Origin: Salisapilia sapeloensis CBS 127946
Taxonomy: Eukaryota > Protista > Oomycota
Assembly: GCA_023334545.1 (NCBI GenBank)
Contig: JAADVB010000138.1
Location: 1-49,728, forward strand
Direction: 5' to 3'
DNA length: 49,728 nucleotides
The notes beneath the pieces are model-generated. The model was not told the DNA's origin. It worked only from the letters and a program-made list of their open reading frames with translations, and ran no database searches. This document shows, in pieces, positions 21,868 to 35,272 of the stretch (positions are counted from its first letter, which is position 1; each line of letters begins with the position of its first letter). The translations under genes and the position numbers were made by a program.

Positions 21868-24800
21868 TTACTGCATGGACGAGAGCTCAGGAGTGGACAC
21901 GACGTGTCGAATGCCAAACTCGTCCGAAGAGGTCGAAGCTACAGATGACGCTCGACTTCGCGAGTCCGGACCAGGGGATGTGGTCAATGGCGAAGATGGA
22001 ACGTGCAAGCTGTCCGCATGAGGTCGTCCTTTTCGAGCAACAGGGTCGGCACTTGCAGGTGGTCGGGAATGGTGCACTCGAGGCGGAGATGCCAGCAATT
22101 GCGCAAGCTTAGCTCCGTCCGGTTGAAATTTAGTCAAGTCTACATGACGATAGGCTCGATTAACCTTGTACCCGGGTACGACATCGGCCTTGCCCATCTC
22201 TGCCAAGGAAGACGAGACAGACTTGCTGCGTCGTTCCAAAATTGCCTCCTTGTCGGCATCGTTCAGTGTCCGATGTGACTTTGTACTCTTTAACCCTTGC
22301 TTGCTATCGTTCGATGGCGTCGTCTGTCGATTCTTGTCTTCCGAGCTTTCAGACGTAGTGTCACTGCTTTCTTCGGCCTTGGCTTCCTGTTCTGCCTTGT
22401 AAAGCCTGTTGTATTCCGACAAGGTGTCGTCAAAGTCCGGGTCTTCATCGTTATCTAGGTCAATGCCAAGCGCACTGGATCTGTCCATGGATCGCGATGC
22501 TTGACTCATACTATGCGCAACAGAGCTGTCGATCGCTCGCATCCACTGCTCTTGACGACCCCACGTATCCAACAAGACGATGAAACTCTTGTACCCCTTT
22601 GTCGAGAATTGAATGCCATGCGCACCACTACCAGGTCCGGCCGTAACTCCGAACGAGTACCACTTTCGAACCGCAGTCGGCACCACCCACTTCATACGCG
22701 TCGCCCAGTTCGGACTCTGCAACGTATCGCAATACCATAGCTTATCGCACTTGCGACACAATCCGACAAAGGTGAGTGTAAACGTTAGAGCGTGGAATGG
22801 CATCGGGACTGGGAACTGGACAAAGGAACTGACGTGCGTCGGCTCGGGAATCGGCACGTGATCGTGGATCTTATCCTTCTTGTACAAGAAGCCTGTCAAA
22901 AAGTCATCGTCATTCTCAATCTTGCAATAGTGCGAAGGTGCACCAGAGAAGAGCGTCTCCAAGTACCCTTGGAACGCCACTTGAGTGCTCGACAGAGCTT
23001 CTTGGACGTGTTCAATCGCAAACTCCTTGAGTTTAAAGCAAGCGTTGCACACTGGCGCATTGCGCTGACCCAGTGGCTGCATCTCTCGCGCGTTCTGGTC
23101 TGCCAATGTCTGACCGAACGCTTGCCACGCAGCATGCTGCTGCGTGTACTGACGCACTACTTCCTGTACCGTCAACGCCGTGCCGTTGTGCGTATCCGGC
23201 GTATTCGTGAGCGTAAAGATACTATTGGCGATCGTAGTCATGTGACCCTTGTACTGTGCGTGTCCTTCATACGCTTTCATAACAAAGTCCAGTAGATTGC
23301 TATCGTCCGCGAAGAGTGCGTTTAAGAGTGGACACATGGGCAGACGCTTCTGATCTGGATTCATCAGAACGAAGCGGATGACGTCTGTGAGCTCATGATG
23401 AAGCAGACTGTTGCTCTTCTGATAGCCATAGCAAGCGAGGAAGCATGGCATGAGCCCACCATTTGCCAGCAATTCATCCAACTGCCCGCTCTGGAGGAAG
23501 ACACAGCGCTTGAGGAATGCTATGATGGACAAGAGTGTCGTACCCGTCGCTTCCAAGCGTTGATTATCGTTGGCACTTGTCTCCTTCATGACAACCAATC
23601 GACACAGTTCGACAAACTTGTCGACACGAGGGATGAGAGCAAACAAGAGAACAGTGTGGACGCTCTTGAGCAGACTTTCGACGCCGGTAAAGTCTCGACG
23701 ACGACGATGGTATCCCAATTGACTCATGAGCATCATGACAACAGACAGTGCACCTGCTTCATGCACCACAAGCGACTGAGGCTGCTCACACTGTCGCTTG
23801 AGCTCGGCATACCCTAGATCAATCAACGTCTCAAACGTGACGTGAGAAGATTCGAGTAGGAAGACAAGTAAAGATCGCAGGAGCGTATTATGTCGATGAG
23901 GATAGTGCTGGTCTGTAATCAACGGCAACGAGTTGTCCGTATTGTCCACGAACGTCACGACCGAGCCGAGCATGTAGACCGACGGCGGGTACAAGATGTA
24001 GTTAAGCACGGCACAAATGTTCTCGACCGTATCACGCTGGTAAGGTGTCCCGACGCCCCAGCTCATGGTGCGTTGGAGAGAGTAGAGTCGGTCGAAGAGA
24101 CAGTCGAGACACTTGCTCTTCTGCAGGTTCTCCTGCCCTTGCTCTGTCAAGTCTGAATACAGGAGCCACACGAGCGTATCTCGGATGGTGTCCATGCCCA
24201 CGTGTCTCACCAGCCACGGCATGACAAACTGTCCATCATGCGCTAGGAAATGGAGGAAGAGTCCCCCAAGCTGTTCTGTCAATAAAAAGTGGTGGATGAC
24301 TTTGCAGAAGAGGACGAGGAGAACTTCATCCAAAGGACCTGGTTGACAGATGAAGCTAAAGAGTACTTTGAGGTAGTTGGCAGATTCGCGTAGGTCAATG
24401 TCATCCAAAGACTCGGGCGACTCGGTCGCATTGGACGATCTGTTCTTCATAAAGATGCGACGTGTATACGAGAAAGCGATTTCACTGCAAAAGTGCTGGA
24501 CCTTGTACTTGCCATAATACGGATCATCAGGTAGGTTGAGTCCGTTCTCAGACGCAGGGAGTGTGAGTAGTCGAAACACTTCATAGATGACCGTCGGTTG
24601 TTCCAACCACTTTTGTGTGTTCGGATCACGAGATAGTTCGTGCTGTAGAATGTCCACCGACACGTGTCCTCCTTTTGTAATCAACAACAAGTCATGCAGT
24701 GATGCATCCGACTTGCTCATGGATTCTTCAATCCGTCGTCGATGTTCCTTTACCGACTCACTCTCAGCACGCTCTCGAAGCAAATCCTCGATCTCCGTGT

Positions 24801-26056
24801 AGTCTGTCGTGTGCGCAATCTCCTGCGCTGTCTTGCCTTCCGGATCCTTTGCATCCAGTCTCGTACCAGCGTCTATAAGTAGACGTACGCACTCTAGATT
24901 GCCTGCTCGAGCAGCCTCCATGAGCGCTGTGGTGCCGTTCGGGCTCTCAAGATCCAACTCTGCGCCGCTACCCAAAAGAATGGCAACACAGTCCTCGAAA
25001 CCACCTCTCGCGGCAATGTGTAGCGCCGTCATGCCTCGAGTCCTGTTGCGAGAGAGGTTGACACGAGCTCCTTTTCGAGCGAGTAGCTTCAAGCACTTGG
25101 TCTGACCGTCTCGAGCAGCAAACATAAGCGCTGTCATGCCATGGACGTCCTCCAGGTCGAGATTAGCGCCAAACAGCAGAAGTGCTCTCAATGCTTCAAT
25201 GTTGCCGACAGAAGCTGCAACCATGAGTGCACTCGTGCCATTGGGTTTCTGTTCATCTGGTGAAAGTCCAAACGCTTGTAGCACTTCCAAGCAGTCCACA
25301 TGGCCTTGCTCTGCTGCTTCACACAAGGCAGCGGCCTTAGGTAATCGCTAGAAAAAGAATAGTCATAAGTATAAAGTTAATTCGAAAGAAAGAGATCGTG
25401 TATCTTACTTCGAGAACTGCTCCGGAAGGATCGGAGAAGAGGAGGCTCGTGAGGAGGCTGACATCTCCTGCCCGTGCGGCGGACGGGACGGCACAGTAGA
25501 CATCATCTGGAACGATGTGCTGCATCGCATCGTCGCCAGTCAGCAGCTCGATCTTGACACGCGTCGGCTGCTCTTGTAGCAACCGGTCTGCGTGTGTCTT
25601 GGACAAGAGCACGACTGGTACAGGCACAGTCTGTCTCCCAGACGAGTGGAAACCATCGAATAGAGAATGCTCCTTGGCAGACTCCTCTGTGCGCTCAATA
25701 AAGATACAACCGACGGCGCCGGCCTGGACTACCTTCCGAACGATGTCGGGAAAGTGAACTCGACCCCCTCTTTCAACGACAGCTATGCAACCAAGTAGCT
25801 GAGACCTGTTCACGATCGGCCCGTCGGCTTTTGGCGGATCTGTAAACACGATCGTGGACGTAACGCTACGTCGTGCTTTATCGTATCGATAGCTAGATGC
25901 CTCAGCAAAGTGGTAGTTTTTATCTCCCTTTGCTGTCGCTGACTGACTATCAAGGGCATTAGGGGCATGGTTGAGAGACGCTCTCCACGAGACAAAGTAG
26001 ACACCAATGCTGTGGGAGCTCTTGCGCGAGTTTGGCGCAGACGACGTGTTGCCCAT
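21868..26056 (-). CDS. Multidomain protein: MGNTSS N-terminus, PA domain, ankyrin repeats, SAPS/PP6R-like domain and PH-like domain; at least 2 exons
   Basis: Exon 1 (25409-26056) has a PA motif (GCIAVVERGGRVHFPDIVRKVVQAGAVGCIF...VPVVLLSKTHADRL). Intron 25348-25408. Exon 2 has about 6 ankyrin repeats (GTSALMVAA, GMTALMFAA, GMTALHIAA, GTTALMEAA), SAPS-like segments and a late PH-like block (GFLYKK...QEQWMRAIDS). Confidence 0.88.
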
Positions 26057-26421
26057 GTATGGCACTTATACGAGATTTTTAAGAATAAGAAGTCTCGAGT
26101 GTGGTGTCCGTGGGAAGAATATATAGAATCGAATCAGACGCGAAGTCGAGGGTGTAGCTACTGCTTGGTACACCACGAAAGAAGTATCTGTGACGTAATG
26201 AGGTAAGATCTAGGTGGTACATCACCGGAACACTCATGGTCCGAAGCTCATCTTCGTCATTTCGTCTCCTCTGAGACGTTTCTCGCCCTGCGTAGCGCAT
26301 GATGATGGGCTTCATACGCCAGATGATATGTAGGAAAGTATCATTGAATTGAATGCATATCGAAAGGATGTTTATGTGCTCTACGTGACGTGAGATCGAC
26401 GTTCATGTATTCGGCACATGC

Positions 26422-29400
26422 TCATCCGTCTCGAGTAGTGTCTTCTGGACTAGAGATACTAGGTACTCGCAACGGCGTAGATGGAGTTGGCGACGGTGCT
26501 GTACCGAACAAGGACCAGACGCCGCCAAGTAATCCTGCGTTCGCAGTCGCTTCCTCCGTCGCTCGCTCTTGCTCCTGCTGCAGTCTATCGACTTCTTCCG
26601 GTGTGAACTGGAGTAAGCTCGCTAGCACTGGTATCAACGCATCTTTCTCTACTTGCTTGTGACTAGATAAGAACTTGATCATGACGTTCTTCAAGTACTC
26701 CATATTCAAAGACGCAGGACTTTGGTCTCCCAATTGCTCCAACCTCTTTGCCTCGTTCCGTGCCTTTTGCAACGACTCACACACTTCGTCATACTGCCGT
26801 CGATACTTTTTCACTTGGCTCTCCAGCTCTTTCATCGCAGCTTGACTACCATCATCCACAGGTTCCGTCTGCACTTGCGTCGTACTCGTCTCCACTTGCT
26901 GTCGACTAGTTTGCAAAGTCTCCGTCAGCTCTTGCTCTCTCGACCGGAGTGCCTCCACTTTGGCTCGACACTCTCTCAGTTTCTTCTGCAGCTGTTCACT
27001 CTCGCGTCTCCACTCGTCCTTATCATGTTCCACGCCTTCCATACTCTTTTCCAATTCCTTCCTCTCCTCTTCCTTTGCCTCCACCTCCTTCTTCACGTCC
27101 TTCAGCTGCACGACAAAGTCCTCTTCCAGCGTCTTCACATGCTTTTCATGTTCCACTTGTGCCTGCTCCCACTGTCGCTGCATCTCTTCCAACTGTCCAG
27201 CTAACTCCTGGATACGACCACCCATCTGCTCCTCCGCTCGTTCCTTTTCTCCCAAAGCTTCATCCGCGTGCTTCTTACTCACTCGACTTTCGTCCGAAGC
27301 CTTCTTCAACGCCGTGCGAGCTCTCTTCCGATACACTTCTAATGCGACACGAGCATCTTCTGCTTCTTGACTCTTGGTCTCTAGTTCCTGTCGTAACGCT
27401 TCGTAAGCATTCGAAGCTTCCGTCTGATCAGACTTTTCTGCTACAAGCTTTTCAATCGTACTCCTGGCTTCCGACAACTTGGATTCAGCTGCTTGGAGAG
27501 ACTGCTCATGCTTTGCAACAGTCACTTCTAAAGACTTTTCGAGCTTACGGTAGCTCTCTTGACTAGATTCTAAAGACTTTTCAAGTGCACGATAGCTCTC
27601 TTGACTTGCTTCTAGCTTTTGCGAGACACGAGTCAATTCTTCTTCCATCGAGTGCACTTGCTGTGTCTTTTTCGACACTTGTTCCTCTTCCGTTTGAACT
27701 TTGTCTTTTAGCTCTTGACACGCTTGTTCCAGCTGAGTTAGTTTTTCAGAGACTGCCTTCTCTTGCTCTTTGCTAGTGGATAATTCTGTAGTTAAAGAGG
27801 TATTGGCTTTCTCTAGAACGTCCTTCTCTTGGTCCAATTGAGCTCGAAGAGCTTGGAGGCTTTCCTGACTTGATGCAGTGAGTTGAGCTAGCTCATCGTC
27901 CTTGGACTTTAGCTTCTCTTCTAACGATTGCACGCTCTCATCCAGACGTTCCTGTAGGTTGTCCAACTGCGACTTTGACCCTTCTAGCTCTTGTACTACT
28001 TGTGCCTTGGCTGATTCCAGAGCATTACGCTGCGTTTCCATCTCAGTCTTCTCCGTGTCTAGCTTGGACAGTCTCTCTTCCAACGCTTCCACCTCTTTCT
28101 TCCTATTATCACTCTCCGACAGAGCTCCATCCAGCTTGTCTTGTAGTGTCTTTCGAGCCTCCTCTTTTCCCGTCATCTCCTTATCCTTCTGATCCACCAG
28201 TTCCTTTAGCTCTTCCACCTCCTTCTTACGCTCTTCCAAAGCAGTCGTCAACGCATCCACCTTTTCCGTATCCTCCACTGGCGGTCGTTCTTCCAGCTCC
28301 TTCTCCACAGCGTTTAACCTCTCCTCTGCTGCCTCCTTCTGCTCCTTTAGCTTATTACTCTCTGCTTGCAACGCCTGGATCCTCGTCTTCCTCTCCTCCA
28401 CACTAAACTGCAGACGTTCCACACGTTTCTGCAGCCTCGTATGCTCCGCCTCCATCTCCTGTAGCTTCTCTGAAGCACTAGATCCGGCCTTCGACGCTTC
28501 TTCCTTTTCCTTCTCGGCAGTCTTCACTTTCTCCAGAGCTTCATCACGTTCCACAACAGCATCTTGACGCTGACTCTTCAAGCTTTCCACCATCTCGTCA
28601 AACAACTGCAGTCTCTTTTCATACTGCTCTCGTTCCGACGCATACTCCTCTGCTTGAGTTGACATTTGTCCTTGAGCCTGCCCGAGTTGGTCTGTCACTG
28701 ACGCTAGCTCCTGTTTACTCTCAGCCAAGTCGTCTTGGAGAGTAGAGATAGATGCCGATAGCTCCTTCATCTTGTCATCCTTACTCTCGAGTTGCTTCTG
28801 GAGCTCGTCGACTTCCTGATCCTTCCCAGCTTCTGCCAATTCAGACGTGAGTGTCGTGATACGAGCGTTCATGTCGTCGATATGATGCTGTCTATTCAGC
28901 AATTCCTTCTGCGCGTCACTCTGCTCTTGCTTTAGACGTTCCACCTCTTCCTTGGCTTTTATACAAGACGCTTCCAACGCCCCCTTCTCATGCCCTAAAG
29001 TCTTGACTTGTTGCTCCAAGTCTTTCACATTGGATTGAGACGACTCTAACGACGTTTGGAGCTTACTCTTGTGTTTCTCCAACGTCTGCATCTTGGCATT
29101 TACATCCGTCAGCTGTTTCTGGACGTCACTGAGTTCCGATCGAAGAGTTTTGGACTGTGTTTCCAAGGCCTCTACTTCACTTTCCATCGACTCTTTCTCC
29201 TCAACTAGCTGTCGCTTATCAGCTTCCAGTTGCTCCATCTGGGTAAAGTGGACGTCACTTGCTTCACGCACACGTTCTTCCATATCCTCCAACTGTTTCT
29301 TCAGTCGAGAGATCTCAGACACTTGACTTTCACTCGTACGAGTCGTGTCACGTAGTGTTGTTGCTAACTTTTGCTCGAGCTCTTTCTTTTCCTCTACCAG

Positions 29401-32369
29401 TTGCTGCTTCTCACCTGTCACATCACGCACCTGTGTCTCCAGGTCTTGGATTAAAGCATCTAGCTTTTCCTTATCGTACGAACTATTCGACTGAGCATCC
29501 GCTAGGCTTGTCGTGACACTTGCCAACTCCGATTCGACGCTTGCCAGTTTAGTCTCTAGCACGCTCTTCTCCTTTTCCAAACTCTCCATCGCTTCCTCTT
29601 TCGTAGCAATGTCTTTGTCTTTCGACTCCATATCTGACTCGAGACTTGCGACAGTCTCCTTCAACTCAACTACTTGCGCCATTAATTGCTTCTTCTCTTC
29701 TCCCAAGTCGTCCAACTTTTTCTCCAATTCCTCCACCGTCGCCTTCAACTCGTTCACTTCCAACTCCTTCTTTTCCATCATAGCCTGAGACGCTTCCACC
29801 TCTTTCTCCACCTCTACCTTCGCTTCCACGACCTTGTCCATTTCTTGGCTCTTCTCCTTGAGCTCATCCTTGAGCTGTTGAATCAACTGTCCACTAACAA
29901 GCACCTTTCGTTGCAAGCCAAGAGCTTCCTGCCGATGCTCTTCACTACGCGCCTTCTCTTCCTCCGTTATCTTTCGAAGTTCACTGACCGTGCCCTCCAT
30001 CTCCTCCATCATGTCGCTCTTCTCTTGCTTTACCTCTGCCACTTTATCCGCCATTTCATTCAACTGCTCTTCTAGCTCTTCCTGACTCGCGCCTTGTGCT
30101 TCCTGCAGCCTCTCCTTTTCCTCCTCCGCTTCTTGCAACTGTTCCTGCAAGTTCCCAATCTCTCTCGACAATCGATTCTGTTGCTCTCGATACATCTCGG
30201 CAGTGGATTTGAGACCATTGATCTCCAACTGCTTTTCCTCCACACTTCCCTCCTTTTCACTCAACTTTTCACGCAACCTACTTCGCTCTTCAATCAAGTC
30301 CTGCGTCTGTGTCTGGAGCTCATTCACCTGCTGCTCGTACCACTCCAACTTGCTTCCATCTTCCGTCCCTTCGCTCCGACGATGCGTCTCTTCCAACGCA
30401 GCCCGAAGCGACTTAGCTTCTTCATTCTTCTCCTTCGCATCCGTCTCTAGATTCGAAATGTATGCATAAGCTTCATGCAGTTTCTTTTCTAGAGACAAGA
30501 GTTCAGATAGTGCGCCATGGAACTCCTTCTTCTCTTCCTCCGTGACGATACTGGAAGATCCAGTGGTCATATTCGACGTGTCAAGTGCTGGTGACAGTGG
30601 TTTGGCAGCTAACTCTGCTAGCTTCTGTCTCAACTTGGTCAGTTGCTCGTCTTGAGACGCAAAATCGGAACGTGCTTGGAGAGATGATTCAGCAGTCTCT
30701 GCTTCCGACTCTCGACGACTATTGCGAGTGTCTTCATCACGTTGACGCAAGAGGTCGTTTACACGTTCTTCCAATGCATCAATTTCGTGCCTTGCTTCTT
30801 CCAATTGCTCCTGAAGAAGATCCTTGTCTTTCATAAGAGTCTCTAGTTGTTCCTGTAGATCGAACTTTTCTTGTTCGAGACGAGAAGAGTCAGACTGGAT
30901 GGTTTCTACCTCTTGCTTTAGACGATCGAGCTCCGCATTCGACTTGCCATCCTTTCGGACTTGCTGCTCTTCCTGGTCTTGACGTAGTTTCACCACTTCG
31001 TCTGTCGCCTTGGCCACTTCAAACGTCATACGGACATTTTCTGCTTTAATAGCTGCCATCTCTTCTTCCATCTCGGACATCTGCTTATCCGAGTCTGTCG
31101 TGTCGGTTGATCCATTCTGAGCTTTTGTACTAGCAAAAGCTTCACTCCACTGACGATAGGCTTCATGAAGGTCTTGAATCGTTTTCATACTTTCGTATGA
31201 AGCTTGACTTTCTGCATCCAAGTCACTAAGCCACTGAATCTGAGCGTCCATGGTAGACTTTAACGCATCATGTACACTCTCAAGGTCCTTTTCAACTCGA
31301 GTATCTAGTGGTAGCGATGTGGAATCATTCCCCTGATCAAATGACAAGGGAAGTGTATGGATTTGCTCCATGAACTTGGTCAAAGTTGACTGCTGCTTTT
31401 CCTCCTCTTCCTTTAATACGTCACTCAACCTTTTCAATTCCTCCGATTGCGACTGTAAATAGGATTGGACACTAGCCACAGACGTTCCAGCTCCTGCCTC
31501 TTCCAATGCCTCTTTCATACGAACGAGATCCTCTATTTCCTCACTACCTGCGCTTTGGTCCAATTGATCTTGCAGCTTTTGTTTCTCACGCATAATGCCA
31601 TTCAATTGAGAAGCAATTTCTGTATAAGCAGATTCATTCTTCTCCTGCTGGTCCTGTAACTCATCCAGTTGGACTTGTAAAGCCGACACTTTCGAATCCT
31701 TACTCTTGCCTTCCCGCTCAAGCACTTGAATGCGTTCATCCTTTTCCTTTGATTTATTCTCATGCTCCTCTTCCAAGGCACGCATCTTGTGCTGCAGCCG
31801 GTCATTCTCATCCTGCATTACAGCAGCCTTGGCTTCTTCCTGTGCCAACTGCGCTTCAAACGCTTCCAGCTTTGAAGATAAGCTGGAGACCTGCTCTTGA
31901 GACTCCGCATATGCTCTATCCTTGCTCTGGAGCTCGCTCTGGAGATCTTGGCAGCGCTGATTGACATCTTCAAGCTGCTTCATAAGTGTATCTCGTTCGT
32001 TCTCAGCTTCAGACAGCTTTTTCGACAATTCCTCCGTGGATTTATCGTTCGTAGAAGCGTCTGGAGACTTGTCGGAACTTTTCAATTGTTCATTTTCCTC
32101 TCTTGCAATGCGCAATTGCGTCTGCATCGCTCGGCAAGTACTCACGACATGCTTCAGCTTGTCAATAAGTTCCTGCTTTTCTCTTTCAAGACGCTGAATG
32201 TCGGATTCTTGTCCATTTTCACCATTTCCATTCGAAGCTACACGAGTACAAAGCACATAATGTCAATTCCATGGACTCGATTGATGCATATAGCAATATA
32301 TAGTGATAAAGAGAGGTAGGAGACACTAGCGAACGTACATGGAGAGCTCTTGTTTGTCTCCTTGTCCAT
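26422..32369 (-). CDS. GRIP-domain golgin, about 1950-aa coiled-coil protein; 2 exons
   Basis: E/K/Q/L-rich heptads throughout; C-terminal GRIP motif NMEYLKNVMIKFL...LIPVLASLLQFTPEE. Exon 1 is 32339-32369 (MDKETNKSSP), intron 32238-32338. Confidence 0.92.
27526..27609 (-). repeat. 42-bp coding tandem duplication (2 x 14 aa, two heptads) in the golgin
   Basis: SQESYRALEKSLES / SQESYRKLEKSLEV; the two 42-nt units at 27526-27567 and 27568-27609 are near-identical. Confidence 0.85.
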
Positions 32370-32376
32370 CGAAAGC

Positions 32377-32395
32377 GGAAATGAAGTGAATACGT
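32377..32395 (-). promoter_or_regulatory. Candidate oomycete INR+FPR core promoter of the golgin gene
   Basis: The minus strand reads ...TATTCACTTCATTTCCGC just upstream of the inferred ATG (32369). This resembles the oomycete initiator (TCAYTY) plus flanking FPR (CAWTTTNC-like) consensus. No transcript data. Confidence 0.35.
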
Positions 32396-34100
32396 GGAGC
32401 TCGAGTACTTGAAGCCTTCGTGGCGCGTTTTCGTGGTGCGTAAATTACGGAAATTTATATTAGCTGACGTTTGTAGATTTGCAAGAGAAATGAAAATTGC
32501 AAATTTAGATACGAGAATGGTTATTCATCGGGTATGCAGTTGATTCGCTTTTCATGGACTCTAGCATCTTTGAAGATGGCGTGTGTACATATCTATGCTG
32601 CCGTCTGGAGAAGTGATTTCAAGTGCTGAGTAGTAAACGCAATGCTTTGGAGCATTCGTGTGAAATAGAGCTCGCCATGAAGTTGATTGCGTTTTGCTTG
32701 ATCTAGTAATCTGTCTTGTAGCTAGTAACATTCTTGCCCATGGCTTGCTGCAATGTTCAAGATGACGAGTGTTAATGACTTGGTCTTTGACGAGTTGTTT
32801 AGCAACGGCGGAATGTGTTAGCAATATCTGTCTTCTCAAGATAGCGATTGCTCGAGTCACACGCCGAGAAGCTCATAAAGTATTGTCTGAACGTGAGTAT
32901 AGCTCTTGTAGAATCGCCACGTATCATTTGGTTGATCGGCCTTCAATCTTACATTGGCGAGGATCCTTTCCGAGTTGCTATGGGAAAATTAATATTTTGA
33001 TATGGGGACTCACGATTCATTTTATCCTTGTGGCGACAGTGCATATGGATAGAGAAATAAACATCGCACTCATCTCCGTTGAGACTGTTGGAGTCGTGAT
33101 AAAAGATAGGAAAGTAGCAATTCTTCATGATAAAAGCGAGATTCGTCCATCAAGTACAGAAACTAGTCAGCATGAAGATAGTTGAAAAGACCTCTTCATA
33201 CTATCAGTAATTTGCGACGCAAAAAATTTCTCCATGCAACAGAAGCAAAGAAATTCCTGCCTCTTGCTGAGTCGATCCACTTATACCCGAACCATAAGAC
33301 ATGATGCGAGAAAGAGAGGTAAAGATGTACATGCCTTCAGTACCTACACAAGCATATCATGATCTCGAACAGACTGAAAAGCATTGCGGTATATACTGCG
33401 TCATATCCAAACGCGGACCATGCCGTGTAATTTCTACACACATCAAGCAGATAAGACAGATCGCAATTGTGACATCGAGTAATTGCCATGATCACGATAT
33501 CCCGGTGGCAACCTGAGGAGGTTCTAAATTTTAACGTGACACTTCGTGAAAAGCGCTTCAAGATCGCTGTCTTTTTTCTGTACGAGACACCAAGCACCAA
33601 CGTTTAGGTTTAACTTCTTGGCAGCTTATACAATGCCTCTGTAGTCTCGATGCAGGCTTCCCAGTGGCATCAACTTGCTCGTTTACTTCATTGTCATCCT
33701 GTCTTCCCGTATGATCAGACATGGACTTCAAGTTTTCTGTTCGGGCGTGAAAAAAATGCTCGGCACGTCCATGCCTCGTCAGAATTTTAGTATGGACATA
33801 CTCAGATCAAATGAAAGCAATCTTCAACGTCCTGGGACAAAGAAGCGACTTGTTGCCTAGCTTTAAATGGCGGGGTTTCGGGCTTTGGACTCTAGGAGTT
33901 TGTATGTGCTTCACAAGTCCTTAACTGCTGTCGTCAAAACCTGACCCATTAAATCACCAGTATATTACTCATGGCTTTTTTATTGATAATGTTCGCAACA
34001 AAATGAGATAGGCCGTCGGATCCGCCTTGCGAAGCTCTTTCACTCAGCTTTTTACCTTCCGACGCGCAAGCCCCGAAGAAGAACTCACGAAAGAAAAAGA

Positions 34101-34532
34101 ATGCCCATGGACTTGCCAGGACTCGTGCGCCGATTTAGCAGCGACAAAACCGGTGGTGCCCGGCCCGAAAGCCTCTCCGTCGACACTAGTCTTCGCAAAC
34201 GTATGAGCTCGACGTCGTCTGACAACAACGAAGGCAGCCCGGAAGCCGGTAGCGGCTCCCCTCCGATGTCTGGTGCCCCCGGTTCTGCACGCTTTAACCG
34301 AGATGACTCCGCCATGCTACGTCGACGGCGTAGCAACTCGGAATGCTTGCTGCTCGCGAAAACAAAAGGCCCGAATGATTTGCCCGGTCCGTGCCAAGAA
34401 TACATCTCGACTGTGAAGCGTGCGCTTGCCAAGAGCGAGGAGCATGCTCACAACGAAAGCATGAACCGCCCTGCCGCATTGATCCGTCGCAGCACATCAT
34501 TCCGTGGTCCATCTTCTGCCCCCGCACACTAA
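34101..34532 (+). CDS. Hypothetical small Ser/Arg-rich disordered protein (143 aa)
   Basis: ATG-TAA ORF in a GC-elevated island flanked by AT-richer DNA; no recognisable domain. Confidence 0.65.
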   Translation: MPMDLPGLVRRFSSDKTGGARPESLSVDTSLRKRMSSTSSDNNEGSPEAGSGSPPMSGAPGSARFNRDDSAMLRRRRSNSECLLLAKTKGPNDLPGPCQEYISTVKRALAKSEEHAHNESMNRPAALIRRSTSFRGPSSAPAH

Positions 34533-35272
34533 ATTAACTATTCCAACCAGATCTCAGTTCCTAAATGTGGATCTACGTACTGGAATAAATGCGGGCGCAA
34601 GTTGTAAGAGTGGAGTGGAGGTGTATATAATAGCTTTACGTGCGGTCCAAGTCGCTACGGTTCCCTTCTATCGTCAATAAAAGACTTTAATTGCGTTTCA
34701 TGAACAAATTGTAAGAGGTAGTGGACGATCTGATCAGGCGTCCCCTTTGTTTTGAATCTGGAGTTGGAGAGAGAGGCGGTGGAGCAGTCGCATGAGTAGA
34801 CGCTTTTAAAAGCTATCGCAAGTCCAAGTGAGACAAAGGATCAGGATGAGATGCTTGATCGGGAAGGCGTCTGTCTCTGTCGATTCCTCCCGTTAGATGA
34901 CAGTTGTCGATGCTACTAGAACCTGACAAGATAAGAAAACATATCCCATTTTAGCATAATTTTGCAACTGCCCATTCTCTTCATAGGCGCGGTGAGACTC
35001 ATTCGATGCAAAACGGTTTCTTACGTAGTTCAGCTCTCTAGGCATCAACCTCCGACCGTGAGCACCGGAAACCGAAACCGTTATTTGAAATGTAATAGTA
35101 AAACTTCTATCTTTTCTTTAGTATCAGCATAAGATACGGAGCGTATGACTAGCTCTGCTACTCGACATTGCGTGCCTGATGGCTACTTTTTGATGCAGAA
35201 AGTATCCCCATGGATTTCGTGGCAGAGCATGCGCTTCATTCGTCACAAGTTCAATGATGCGTTCACTGGATC

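Noticed and set aside
22760-22845. Possible in-frame intron inside the PH-like region of the ankyrin-SAPS gene
   Set aside because: The segment reads through without a stop and looks compositionally odd, but donor and acceptor could not be fixed; left as unresolved.
26722-32319. Many long + strand ORFs (up to 205 aa) opposite the golgin
   Set aside because: Antisense shadows of E/K/Q-rich coiled-coil codons (they read as L/F/S-rich); no independent motifs.
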